The notes under the pieces were generated by a model. The model did no database searches and was not told the DNA's origin. It saw only the letters and a list, made by a program, of their open reading frames with translations. DNA of 64,000 bases. Origin: a phage. The position numbers and the translations under genes are program-made. The stretch lies in the sequence record PZ445526.1, one strand, 5' to 3'. Of the stretch, positions 28,610 to 37,622 are shown one piece after another; position 1 is the stretch's first letter; each line of letters begins with the position of its first letter.

Positions 28610-29067
28610 TCAGCCTTATATTCAATAACAGGACATACTTTAGCTTTACGAGCTTTTAAAAATTCAACGATAACCGATTTCTTGGGTTGAATAGGAGGTA
28701 AACCTTTATACGCCCTATCAATATTTTCTACGTGTAAAGCATAATCCTTTTTCCATTTATAATCTTTATATTTTTCACGCAAATGTGCAGGAATAACAAA
28801 TGAACCGATAATAAGTAAAACAACCAAAAGCGCAAGTATAAATGCTGATGGAAGCAAAGTCCATAAACTACCAAAAATAATCCAACGCTGTAGGCTTTCT
28901 GCACAAATAATTGTTAGCCCTACGAGTATAGCACATCCAAAAATAGAAACGAAAAATGTAGGAATGGCAATAGACCAAAAATATGCGCATAGTGTCTTAG
29001 GTCGTTGCCATTCATCGTTAAACAATTTGAATAATTTATAGTGCCAAGAGTTTTCATTAATAATCAT
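28606..29067 (-). CDS. membrane protein, hypothetical
   Basis: 153-aa ORF with three predicted hydrophobic segments. Confidence 0.55.
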   Translation of the reverse strand: MIINENSWHYKLFKLFNDEWQRPKTLCAYFWSIAIPTFFVSIFGCAILVGLTIICAESLQRWIIFGSLWTLLPSAFILALLVVLLIIGSFVIPAHLREKYKDYKWKKDYALHVENIDRAYKGLPPIQPKKSVIVEFLKARKAKVCPVIEYKAE

Positions 29068-29069
29068 AA

Positions 29070-29591
29070 TTATCCTTTCATTGAAGGCGTAACGGTTGTT
29101 AAATACTTAATCATAGCTTCAGCTTCTGATTTTGATAATGAAATTTCTCCATTGTTTTGACGAATAGAAATAAAATCCGGATGACGGTCACCACCAGCTT
29201 TTAAAACACACATATAAGTATCAACTTCGCCTTCAATATTTGAAATGATTGAAGCAGTTCCACATGAATGCGGTTTTTGATAAATCAATACAGCTTTTCT
29301 TCCGCCATTTGACTGCTCATAGGCTTTTAATACATCAAACAAATCAGTTCTTTTATCAATAGCTAAAATGTTATTTTCATCTTCAATGTTAAATCCTTCG
29401 GATACTTCATAAAGCGTTACCCATAAATCACCAATGTCAATAACAGCATTTACTTTTCCACGGCTTTCAAGGGTATGACAAATTTTCTTGATTTCGTCAT
29501 AACTCATTTTAATAATATCATCTCCTTGAATAAGGAAGATGTCATTTTTAAATTCAACACGAATTAAACCGCTTCCACTTGAAATAAACAT
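29070..29591 (-). CDS. hypothetical protein (paralog of the next gene)
   Basis: 173 aa; shares GFNIE(D/S)E and the C-terminal ...EAxAxIKYLxxVxPxM motif with ORF 29598..30143. Confidence 0.55.
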   Translation of the reverse strand: MFISSGSGLIRVEFKNDIFLIQGDDIIKMSYDEIKKICHTLESRGKVNAVIDIGDLWVTLYEVSEGFNIEDENNILAIDKRTDLFDVLKAYEQSNGGRKAVLIYQKPHSCGTASIISNIEGEVDTYMCVLKAGGDRHPDFISIRQNNGEISLSKSEAEAMIKYLTTVTPSMKG

Positions 29592-29597
29592 ATTTCC

Positions 29598-30143
29598 TCA
29601 CTTTGAAATCATAGTTGGAATAACAGAATCAAGATAAGTCTTTAGCGCAATAGCTTCGTCTTTGGTAAATGTGACAATATGTGCTCGAAAATCATCAATT
29701 TGACGAATAGTTAAGACATCTCCATCTTCATAACATTTTGATACGTTTAAAACAGTTTCATCATTCTGATCGCAAGCGTTAGTAATAATAGCATTGCAAT
29801 TTTTAAGCCATTTTAAACTATGTTTTCTTTCATTAGAATAATAAAAATATTTAATCTTAGTTATAAAATTATCCCAATTATTAATTGATAAGCATATTGA
29901 CTCGCTTTCAATATTAAATCCTGGGCATAAAGAATAAAAATGAATTTTATGCTCATCATTAATGCTTACAATTTTATCAGTATAAGAATTTTCAATTTGG
30001 GTTAAATGAATAATTTCGTTAGGCGTAAAATATAACATATCGTCTTCTTGTGTCAAACGATACATATTATTTACTTTTTCTATAGCCAATTCACCAAAAA
30101 GTGAACTAACTTCTAATACTAATCGTTTCGCCTCGCCCATCAT
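29598..30143 (-). CDS. hypothetical protein (paralog of the previous gene)
   Basis: 181 aa; same shared motifs; tandem duplication. Confidence 0.55.
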   Translation of the reverse strand: MMGEAKRLVLEVSSLFGELAIEKVNNMYRLTQEDDMLYFTPNEIIHLTQIENSYTDKIVSINDEHKIHFYSLCPGFNIESESICLSINNWDNFITKIKYFYYSNERKHSLKWLKNCNAIITNACDQNDETVLNVSKCYEDGDVLTIRQIDDFRAHIVTFTKDEAIALKTYLDSVIPTMISK

Positions 30144-30307
30144 TACATACTCCTCTGAATCATATCAATAATGTTGTTCACCAGATTATAAGTAAACATT
30201 GGGTAATTATATTGAATCATCACATACACAACAAACAAAACTTTCATTCTCTTCTCCTTGGCAGTTGACAAGATTACTATACCATAACCTTGCCAACTTG
30301 TAAACCA

Positions 30308-30481
30308 TTAAATGACGTTTTCGATAAAATTCTGAAGCTTTGTGTGAGCATCAACCATGATTTTCATTTCTTCTTTGGCGAAAGCTATACCTCTTTCCCG
30401 AGAAGAACATTCATAGTCAGAAACTGCATTAGCATATTCTTCAATTAGCTTCATTAAAAACATCTGCTTTTCAGTTTTCAT
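30308..30481 (-). CDS. possible small protein (57 aa)
   Basis: ATG at 30479-30481 (MKTEKQMFLMKLIEEYANAVSDYECSSRERG...); below the ORF-track threshold. Confidence 0.3.
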   Translation of the reverse strand: MKTEKQMFLMKLIEEYANAVSDYECSSRERGIAFAKEEMKIMVDAHTKLQNFIENVI

Positions 30482-30665
30482 TATTCCACCTAATCATTTC
30501 AAGATATTGAACTAACTTAGCTTTAGATTTATCCAAATCCTTTTTAGCTGCTTCTATACCGTCGTATGAATATCCTTCACAATGCTCAACTGCTAATTGA
30601 TATGAATCTATTTCAATATCACGTGCTAATTTAATGATTTTTTCAAACTGTTCACGTGTTAGCAT
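30471..30665 (-). CDS. hypothetical protein
   Basis: 64-aa track ORF. Confidence 0.45.
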   Translation of the reverse strand: MLTREQFEKIIKLARDIEIDSYQLAVEHCEGYSYDGIEAAKKDLDKSKAKLVQYLEMIRWNNEN

Positions 30666-30667
30666 AA

Positions 30668-30850
30668 TTAAACTCTCGTATTATGATCGATAATTTCATC
30701 AAGAAACATATCTAACGCTTCTAAAGCATTATCAACTTTAGCTTCAAATTCTTCAATACCTGATAAGGCAAAGTTAATGCGTTCCTCATCTGCTTTACGA
30801 ATTAAAGCTACCAATTCCTTAATTTTATCCGCTTGTTCGATACTAATCAT
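30668..30850 (-). CDS. hypothetical protein
   Basis: Track ORF 30668..30886; probable ATG at 30850 ([16 protein letters not shown]...). Confidence 0.4.
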   Translation of the reverse strand: MISIEQADKIKELVALIRKADEERINFALSGIEEFEAKVDNALEALDMFLDEIIDHNTRV

Positions 30851-31038
30851 TATTCCACCACATATGAAAGAGAGAATATTGCACACGCCATGTGAGTTGC
30901 AACTTCATCACACATATTATAACGTTTCTTGAGAAGTTCTACAAGTTCTTCACTAGTAACTTCATCCATGTCGACGAAAAAATCACCATTAATGATGACG
31001 TAGATATTTCCTTCTTGATTGAGTGCTTCAATTTTCAT
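30850..31038 (-). CDS. hypothetical protein
   Basis: ATG at 31036-31038 ([21 protein letters not shown]...); the track ORF starts at a non-ATG codon inside the promoter. Confidence 0.45.
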
Positions 31039-31066
31039 GATGTTCTCCTCTTTATCCGATAGTTGT

Positions 31067-31096
31067 ATAGTACCACAGCTCAAACGGAAAGTAAAC
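31067..31096 (-). promoter_or_regulatory. T4-type early promoter
   Basis: Sense GTTTACTTTCCGTTTGAGCTGTGGTACTAT, immediately downstream of the terminator at 31112-31129. Confidence 0.6.
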
Positions 31097-31111
31097 CGGT
31101 AAAATGAAAAA

Positions 31112-31129
31112 AGTCTCCCGAAGGAGACT
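31112..31129 (-). terminator. terminator hairpin (UUCG-type loop)
   Basis: Minus-sense AGUCUCCUUCGGGAGACU followed by UUUUUUCAUUUU. Confidence 0.6.
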
Positions 31130-31133
31130 AATG

Positions 31134-31520
31134 TTATTCGAGGGAAAGAAGATACTTACTCTGGTAAAACATTCCAGTAATATCATCTATCGTGCTTTGG
31201 ATGGCTGGAGGCATTTCTTTATAAATGCTGTTAGATTGGTCTAGTATGTGATCAATCATTTTAATTGTGTCGGTAGGAAGTTTACTGGCATCTGGAATTG
31301 AAGGCGTGTATTTTCTACCAGAATACCCCAAATATTGCTCACCAAATTTATCAATCAAATCTGGCAACTCGGAGAAAATAAAATCGTATGCTTTGTGTCT
31401 AGCATAACTTTTAGTTTCAAAATGCGCAGAATGAAAATAAGCTTGTGCAGCCATTAATAAACCTAAGTATTCATCTGCCTTTGAAGGTTTTCCACTTTGT
31501 GAAAAGTCGCTGAATTTCAT
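31134..31520 (-). CDS. hypothetical protein (rI.-1 position)
   Basis: 128-aa track ORF immediately downstream of rI. Confidence 0.5.
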
Positions 31521-31810
31521 TCAGTCTCCAATTTAATTTTCATAATTCTAGCGTATGATTGTGCCATCTCCGCGCCTCGCTCTATACATTCAAAATCAGA
31601 AGAGCACGGGTCATTTTTATAGGTCGTTCTCATAAAACTATAGAATTGTTCAGACGATTCTACGCTTTTATTTTCAAAAAGCATATAAACGTGCCTAATA
31701 CCAGATTCCATAAATTTATCAAAATGAGGATCGACATTCGCTTCAATCGATGGAGATAAAACAAATGACAATCCTAGCATGGCAAATAGTGCCGTTGCTT
31801 TTAAGGCCAT
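31517..31810 (-). CDS. rI: lysis-inhibition regulator RI (periplasmic antiholin)
   Basis: 97-aa ORF MALKATALFAMLGLSFVLSPSIEANVDPHFDKFMESGIRHVYMLF... with N-terminal signal-anchor; matches T4 RI. Confidence 0.85.
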   Translation of the reverse strand: MALKATALFAMLGLSFVLSPSIEANVDPHFDKFMESGIRHVYMLFENKSVESSEQFYSFMRTTYKNDPCSSDFECIERGAEMAQSYARIMKIKLETE

Positions 31811-31822
31811 AAAGGCCTCCTA

Positions 31823-32035
31823 TCATTTTTGTCCTGTATTTACTTTATGCCGATGCACGGCCTTAACTTTATCAAGGTATTTTTCAAAATTTCGCAATCT
31901 AGTATAGTCTGCCGGAGATTGGTTGAGTGATACTTCTCGACGCAAAGCTGAAATGATATTTCCAACTTCCCTACGAATTTCATCTAATTGAAGCACAGTA
32001 AGATTGCGAAGTTGCTTTTCAGTTAATTGTAGCAT
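31823..32035 (-). CDS. hypothetical protein (rI.1 position)
   Basis: 70-aa track ORF. Confidence 0.5.
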
Positions 32036-32077
32036 ATATACCCCTTTAGTTAGATAAACCTATTTATAACTTTTGCA

Positions 32078-32659
32078 CTAACCGAGCTTTTTAGTTAATT
32101 CATTCCAATGTTTTCTACACAAAGAAACATAAATTTCATCACCAATACAGATTTGATTACCTTCTTTAACTGGTGTTCCATCTTCCATTAATCGAGCTGT
32201 CATAATCGCTTTTTTGCCGCAATGACAAACTGCCTTTAGTTCAATAAGTTTATCTGCAATCGCTAAAAGTTCTTTAGAACCTTCAAATAATTTTCCAGCG
32301 AAATCAGTCCTTAATCCATAAGCCATAACAGGAACATTATATGTATCAACAATTCGACTTAATTGATGCACCTGTTCAGTTTTTAAAAATTGGGCTTCAT
32401 CTACAAATACGCAATGAATATCTTTTTGTGCTTCAGCCCATTTATAGAACTCGAAAATATCCATATCATCTGTGATAATATTCGCTTCCTGCTTAATTCC
32501 AATGCGAGAAACGACTTCACAGACAGAATCGCGAGTATCAATAGCAGGCTTAAGAACTAATACACTCATTCCGCGTTCTTTATAATTATGTGCAGCAGTC
32601 AAAAGAGAAGCAGATTTTCCAGCATTCATTGCTGCATAAGTAAAAATTAAACTCGCCAT
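32078..32659 (-). CDS. tk: thymidine kinase
   Basis: 193-aa ORF; P-loop AAMNAGKS, Zn-binding cysteines (CHCG...C..C); T4 Tk-like. Confidence 0.9.
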   Translation of the reverse strand: MASLIFTYAAMNAGKSASLLTAAHNYKERGMSVLVLKPAIDTRDSVCEVVSRIGIKQEANIITDDMDIFEFYKWAEAQKDIHCVFVDEAQFLKTEQVHQLSRIVDTYNVPVMAYGLRTDFAGKLFEGSKELLAIADKLIELKAVCHCGKKAIMTARLMEDGTPVKEGNQICIGDEIYVSLCRKHWNELTKKLG

Positions 32660-32660
32660 C

Positions 32661-32849
32661 TTAGTCCTTAGTTAAATTTTCTAAATATGTTTCTAAATCA
32701 TTTTCAGCTTTATCGATAGATTTTACTAATTCGTAATATGTTTCGGCATCTCCATAATCAGAAGATAATTCAAAAGACAAATCCTTTTCTAAACTAATAA
32801 TTTCACCAACTAAAAATAATATTTCGTTCTTTTGTTCGCGAGTAATCAT
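32661..32849 (-). CDS. hypothetical small acidic protein
   Basis: 62-aa track ORF. Confidence 0.45.
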   Translation of the reverse strand: MITREQKNEILFLVGEIISLEKDLSFELSSDYGDAETYYELVKSIDKAENDLETYLENLTKD

Positions 32850-33031
32850 AATGAATTTATATAATCAATGAGTTCTTGTTCTTTATTATCAAATTCTTTA
32901 GAAAGTTCTTCGTATTCATTTGCGCTAAAAGGACCGCATTCATTACAAACTTTTTCCAATTCACTATTTTTATCCATAACTTCGTGGATAAGAGAAAAGA
33001 GTTTGTCTTTTTGTTCTTTGCTTAGGCTCAT
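32846..33031 (-). CDS. hypothetical small protein
   Basis: 61-aa track ORF. Confidence 0.45.
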   Translation of the reverse strand: MSLSKEQKDKLFSLIHEVMDKNSELEKVCNECGPFSANEYEELSKEFDNKEQELIDYINSL

Positions 33032-33197
33032 ATATTAATTTCCAGAAGTTTTAAAATAATTCGTTTTTGCTTAAATATTTCCATAGTTAAATGATCAGTA
33101 TCTTTTTGACCAATTCCAATGGCAAAACCTTTATTAGCAGCGAGTTCAATTAAATTATCAAGTTCGCGTAACACTTCGTACTGTAACTCAGAACTAT

Positions 33198-33410
33198 TCA
33201 TTTCGGTTTACCTTCTTTAACGAAATCTGGATAAGGATAAAATCCCGAATAAAATCCTTCACCTTTATGATTGATGCATCCTTTATTAGAACAATAGCAC
33301 CAATAATCAAAATCACAAGCCATTTCATCGTTGCATAAAGCAAAAACAACCGGCCATTTACACTTTTCACAATGAGCATTTTTAAGAATACTAGTTTGGC
33401 TCATAACCAT
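33198..33410 (-). CDS. hypothetical Cys-rich small protein
   Basis: 70-aa ORF with multiple cysteines (CEKCKWP...CNDEMACDFDYWCYCSNKGCINH); possible Zn-binding. Confidence 0.45.
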   Translation of the reverse strand: MVMSQTSILKNAHCEKCKWPVVFALCNDEMACDFDYWCYCSNKGCINHKGEGFYSGFYPYPDFVKEGKPK

Positions 33411-33628
33411 GTCACCTTTAAGCAGTATTCTTCTACATGCTGTTTACGACCTTTCTTATCAATAAAGGTATATTCAACGAATGTTCCAATGTAGTCTTTA
33501 TCGACATCATGTGGACTATTAATTGGACATTTAGTACGGCAAATGCGTTCCCATTGACGAATAATTACTGCCTTATTCTTTGGGTCATATGGATGTGGAT
33601 AATGTATATTCATAATAATGGTTCCCAA
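33401..33628 (-). CDS. hypothetical small protein
   Basis: 75-aa track ORF. Confidence 0.45.
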   Translation of the reverse strand: MGTIIMNIHYPHPYDPKNKAVIIRQWERICRTKCPINSPHDVDKDYIGTFVEYTFIDKKGRKQHVEEYCLKVTWL

Positions 33629-34077
33629 TCAACAATCACAATTTCTAATTTAGAGGAATATGTATCTAAAATCCCCTCAATAATATCCCAGTTCCCTTTA
33701 CCTATGCCTGCACCAATCCTAGGCATATAGATTGTAGGTTTAGTCAGTTTATTTTCACCAAACTCATTTAATTCTAACATACAATTCATTAAAGCGGAAT
33801 ACTCAAAATTTGGCCCTGGTTGAAATTGAGTATAAAGGTTGAAGCAATACGCTTTATGAGTCCTAAAGTATTTTTCATAGACTGAATAAGAACCAAGTTT
33901 AGTTACATCACCCCATTCAGTCTGTAATTTATCAGCTTCCAAAATTTTAGGGAAAGCTTTGGTTAATTGACCTGCGACTCCAGCTTTCATCGCGTGAAAA
34001 CAATTACATCCATGCGCAATATTTTTACCTTCAGCGAAAAGGGCGACAATATCGCCCTTGATATATTTTACAATCAT
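33610..34077 (-). CDS. macro-domain-like protein (candidate ADP-ribose binding/hydrolase)
   Basis: 155 aa; motif pattern resembling macro domains: YIKGDIV..., ...NIAHGCNCFHAMKAGVAGQL..., ...MPRIGAGIGKGNW...; assignment from motifs only. Confidence 0.5.
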   Translation of the reverse strand: MIVKYIKGDIVALFAEGKNIAHGCNCFHAMKAGVAGQLTKAFPKILEADKLQTEWGDVTKLGSYSVYEKYFRTHKAYCFNLYTQFQPGPNFEYSALMNCMLELNEFGENKLTKPTIYMPRIGAGIGKGNWDIIEGILDTYSSKLEIVIVDWEPLL

Positions 34078-34421
34078 CTAGTACTCAATCCTCGATTATA
34101 AGAATCTACCAAACGGTCAACCATTGAATGACAAGCGGCTTTATCTTTCTCCTCCGCAACTGAACATTCTAAAGTATTCCACTTTTTAGCATATCGTTTT
34201 AACAATGTATAGTTTTTGTATCTGCTTGATTTATCCCTTTCTCCGTCTTTATATGCATATATTAATTTCTGTGCAAATTCAGCTTGGCATGCTTTATTTT
34301 TCCCACAATAATCTGCCGCAGTGCGGTTTACATATTCTCTAATTTCAGTATATGATGTATCTGCTGACGCAGAAGCAGAAAATGAAATTAATCCTATACA
34401 TAAAACCAAAATTTTAGTCAT
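34074..34421 (-). CDS. secreted protein, hypothetical
   Basis: 115-aa ORF with N-terminal signal peptide (MTKILVLCIGLISFSASASA) and four cysteines. Confidence 0.5.
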   Translation of the reverse strand: MTKILVLCIGLISFSASASADTSYTEIREYVNRTAADYCGKNKACQAEFAQKLIYAYKDGERDKSSRYKNYTLLKRYAKKWNTLECSVAEEKDKAACHSMVDRLVDSYNRGLSTR

Positions 34422-34959
34422 TTACTATTTCCAAAAGTTTATTATTTTTAAGGTAATTAGCCTTTTCTAGGACTTCAGAAGCATATTTAGAACCTGCTTT
34501 AACATTCCATCCCGAATTATAAGAGGATATTGCTTTTCTTATATCGCCCTTATGTATATTTAACCAATAAGAAAGTTCAATGTACGCCCAGGAAGCTGAA
34601 TTGGATCGTTTATTCAACATTCTTTTTATTTCAGCATCGGTCATATTATAACCAAGTTCCTTAACTCTTGCTCTCATAGTAGGCAAATAATTTTGGAACA
34701 TTCCGTAGGCGTGATGCTTTGGTTTAGATTTTAAATTAACTCCGCCAGAGCTTTCTTGCCATAAAATGGCTGCCATTATATGACCTAATCCGCTCTTGTG
34801 GATGTTTTTGTGTGTTTTATATTTTCCATCCTTAGAAAATTGTTCCCCGAATTGATACGCGTAACGCATGTTATCGAGTTGGACATTACTGAAAGTATGC
34901 TCGGAGCTATGTGCCATCATTGAAATGGCCAATAGACCAGCGAGTAGTGCTTTTCTCAT
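34414..34959 (-). CDS. secreted lytic-transglycosylase-like protein (SLT-like)
   Basis: 181 aa; signal peptide; motifs ILWQESSGG, YGMFQ and SYNSGWN resemble the SLT catalytic-domain E-S, GLMQ and YNxG motifs. Confidence 0.5.
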   Translation of the reverse strand: MRKALLAGLLAISMMAHSSEHTFSNVQLDNMRYAYQFGEQFSKDGKYKTHKNIHKSGLGHIMAAILWQESSGGVNLKSKPKHHAYGMFQNYLPTMRARVKELGYNMTDAEIKRMLNKRSNSASWAYIELSYWLNIHKGDIRKAISSYNSGWNVKAGSKYASEVLEKANYLKNNKLLEIVND

Positions 34960-34966
34960 GCTTACC

Positions 34967-35428
34967 TCATTGAGTTTTAATTACTGCTTTAGAAGCCTTT
35001 CCTGGTAAACGACGACTGTTAATAATTGCCATCCTACATTGAAGTGACGGGTCTTTGAACTTTGCATTAGGTTTACAAACTGTAAATCCAAGCCAAAGAT
35101 TTCCATCTGTGATTTCTAAACGTCCAGGACGATATTCAACCCCATCAATAAAATCCTCGTCAATGTCAGGACGCGGTGGCATACTCAAGAATTCATTAAC
35201 TTCTAAAACATGGTCTTTTATTTTATGGAATAATTCAAAAACATATGTCTCATCAATCTCTCGTTGAATTGCGCGATCAAGAAGATGTTGAGAATATTTT
35301 AGATGAAACGATGAGACTCCTGCTGCTTTTGATGCCTCACGAATCTCATTGTTAATTTGACGAAACTCCGACTCAAAGTGACGACGAAGCTTATTTCGAC
35401 GGATAAAAACTTCTGTATTGATAGTCAT
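34967..35428 (-). CDS. regB: RegB endoribonuclease
   Basis: 153-aa ORF MTINTEVFIRRNKLRRHFESEFRQINNEIREASKAAG...; matches T4 RegB as I recall it. Confidence 0.9.
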   Translation of the reverse strand: MTINTEVFIRRNKLRRHFESEFRQINNEIREASKAAGVSSFHLKYSQHLLDRAIQREIDETYVFELFHKIKDHVLEVNEFLSMPPRPDIDEDFIDGVEYRPGRLEITDGNLWLGFTVCKPNAKFKDPSLQCRMAIINSRRLPGKASKAVIKTQ

Positions 35429-35455
35429 GTTATTCTCCTCTTAACTGATAGAAAA

Positions 35456-35485
35456 ATTATACCACAGTCAAGAGGAAAAGTAAAC
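35456..35485 (-). promoter_or_regulatory. T4-type early promoter upstream of regB
   Basis: Sense GTTTAC, 18 bp, TATAAT, about 28 bp before the regB ATG. Confidence 0.6.
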
Positions 35486-35487
35486 AG

Positions 35488-35808
35488 TTATTCTTTAAAT
35501 CTAATCAATTTATTCATAGACTTTGAAACTTCTGCACGAACCTCATGTAGATTTTTGAGTTGTTCAAGACGCTGCGCATAGTAAGCAATTTCATCTTCTT
35601 CGAGACAGTCCTGCGAATCTTCTTTAAGATAACGTGCATAGTCCTGGAAAGCGTTACGGACTACTTCCTGGAAGTCATCAAGACTTTGAATTTTCTTAGG
35701 AGCAACAGACACACGACGAGGGGCAGTATAATACTCATAACCAAACCCTGCGCTTAATTGAGCCATTAGTATTTTTCCTCTGGTTGGAACACTGCGCGAC
35801 AAGCCCAC
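35488..35808 (-). CDS. hypothetical protein
   Basis: 106-aa track ORF. Confidence 0.5.
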   Translation of the reverse strand: MGLSRSVPTRGKILMAQLSAGFGYEYYTAPRRVSVAPKKIQSLDDFQEVVRNAFQDYARYLKEDSQDCLEEDEIAYYAQRLEQLKNLHEVRAEVSKSMNKLIRFKE

Positions 35809-36068
35809 ATACTGGCTTCTTTGAGTTTCGTTTTAGCAATAGTTAACTGATCGAGGCTTTCGGCATAATTCTTCGCGAATTCACAATCTTCACAATTATC
35901 TAGTGCTTCCCAGAATTCGTCATATAAAGCATCAAAGATAAGTCCTAAACGAACTTCAGCGTCTTTGATAGCATTCACTTTACCGATTTTCTCTTCAGTA
36001 TGTGGCTTATAACCCTTAATATCTTCAATCATATTTGACTTCCTCACCAGTGCATAAATCGTATTCAA
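35766..36068 (-). CDS. hypothetical protein
   Basis: 100-aa track ORF overlapping its neighbours at both ends. Confidence 0.5.
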   Translation of the reverse strand: MNTIYALVRKSNMIEDIKGYKPHTEEKIGKVNAIKDAEVRLGLIFDALYDEFWEALDNCEDCEFAKNYAESLDQLTIAKTKLKEASMWACRAVFQPEEKY

Positions 36069-36246
36069 CTAAACGAATAGGTTCATGAATGCCATATCCC
36101 TGAACAGAAATTTCTGTCGTAGGATAAATTCCATCAATATCACCCATATTCAACGCTTCATTAAATTGCTGTTCGCCTGAATTACTAAACCACTCGGCGA
36201 AAGCATTTAGCACATCTTCAGAACCTTCAATAATTATCTTTGCCAT
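36025..36246 (-). CDS. hypothetical protein
   Basis: 73-aa track ORF. Confidence 0.45.
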   Translation of the reverse strand: MAKIIIEGSEDVLNAFAEWFSNSGEQQFNEALNMGDIDGIYPTTEISVQGYGIHEPIRLVEYDLCTGEEVKYD

Positions 36247-36608
36247 TACAAACTTTCAGTAAAGGTACGAGCGATAACGTCGCGCTGCTGTTCCGGAGTC
36301 AGAGAGTTAAAGCGAACTGCATAACCGGATACACGGATGGTCAGCTGCGGATATTTTTCCGGATGCTTAACTGCATCTTCCAGAGTTTCGCGACGCAGAA
36401 CGTTAACGTTCAGGTGTTGACCACCTTCAATTTTAACTGTAGGTTGTGGCTCAATTTCAATTTCACGGGCATGCAAACCGTAGAAAATTTCTGGGTCTAC
36501 AAAAGAGTCCTCTTTAAAGGTTTTAGAGACAATAATTCGTGCTTGAATACCATCTTCAAAATAAATAGTACCTTTATGTGTGCCTTCAAGAATTTGATAT
36601 GCTTTCAT
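36246..36608 (-). CDS. autonomous glycyl radical cofactor (GrcA/YfiD-like)
   Basis: 120 aa; C-terminal half ([63 protein letters not shown]) matches E. coli YfiD/GrcA including the glycyl-radical motif RVSGYAV; the DNA in this half is visibly GC-richer than flanking phage DNA. Confidence 0.8.
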   Translation of the reverse strand: MKAYQILEGTHKGTIYFEDGIQARIIVSKTFKEDSFVDPEIFYGLHAREIEIEPQPTVKIEGGQHLNVNVLRRETLEDAVKHPEKYPQLTIRVSGYAVRFNSLTPEQQRDVIARTFTESL

Positions 36609-36615
36609 ATAAACC

Positions 36616-36945
36616 TCAATTAGAAAATAAATTTATCCAAGATTGTTCTTTAATTAAAAATGGCTCAGAATCATATGCCATTAAACTTTGCGTAATTAAT
36701 CCTTTAAAAGGTCCATCAATAAATTCCATGGTAAAATATGGAATTTTATTCATTAGCCGTGCATTAGGAGCAGTGCACAAAACTCTGCATCCTTTGAATA
36801 CGCCTTTTTGTAATTTGTATTGCTTGGGATAAAATTCGCTTAAAATGTTATTTTTTGCCAAAATTTCAAAATGATTCACCAATTTATTTTTAATAGTTTT
36901 TGGCGAAAAATAAAGATATTCGAAAAGCTGAGTGTCTGTCATCAT
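36616..36945 (-). CDS. hypothetical protein
   Basis: Track ORF 36616..36996; probable ATG at 36945 ([13 protein letters not shown]...). Confidence 0.45.
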   Translation of the reverse strand: MMTDTQLFEYLYFSPKTIKNKLVNHFEILAKNNILSEFYPKQYKLQKGVFKGCRVLCTAPNARLMNKIPYFTMEFIDGPFKGLITQSLMAYDSEPFLIKEQSWINLFSN

Positions 36946-37481
36946 TGCATTCCGATTACGAAAAACTGTGGACGAGTAATACCACCAATACAACATTTAA
37001 TATTACAGCAGCAGTGTACAGTGTCAATATGGACACTATAAATCTTATCCATATCAGGAGATTTGACAGGCTCATCAATTATATACAAAATTCGCGAAAG
37101 CGATAAACCTCTGAACTTGCTTCCTTTATTACCAATAAAACTGCGTACAGAATCAGTAAATAAACGAAAACGTATATCATCATTAGAATAACGCGAAAAT
37201 TCCTTTTTGATGTTATTTGCAGAAATTTTAGCGTAAGCTGAAGTATTAGAAAGAACAATAACTGTTCCGCCATCATACAACCAATTAGCAGCGAAGTTAG
37301 TCACAGCAATTGATTTACCAGATTGACGTCCACCATCTAGTCGAAGTGTACAATACTGTTTAAGTAAGTCTTCAAATGGCGGGATATATTCGTTTTTACA
37401 AATTTCTTCTACTCTAGCATCAGAATGGTGTGTAAAAGCATTCATCAGGGATAGATAAGGACCAGTTAAAAATGTTCTCAT
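36942..37481 (-). CDS. P-loop protein, hypothetical
   Basis: Track ORF 36942..37529; probable ATG at 37481 (MRTFLTGPY...); Walker A-like GGRQSGKS and Walker B-like ILYIIDEP. Confidence 0.45.
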   Translation of the reverse strand: MRTFLTGPYLSLMNAFTHHSDARVEEICKNEYIPPFEDLLKQYCTLRLDGGRQSGKSIAVTNFAANWLYDGGTVIVLSNTSAYAKISANNIKKEFSRYSNDDIRFRLFTDSVRSFIGNKGSKFRGLSLSRILYIIDEPVKSPDMDKIYSVHIDTVHCCCNIKCCIGGITRPQFFVIGMQ

Positions 37482-37622
37482 TTTGTTCTCTCTAGGTTTG
37501 GGCCATTCCATGGCGCATGAATTGTCCATTTCTCTATTTACCCATTACCGCACTTGGGCTCGACCTTATTACAGGTTGGCGGGAATCCCTCACAGAATCA
37601 TGAGGTCCAGGTTGTTCCCATG

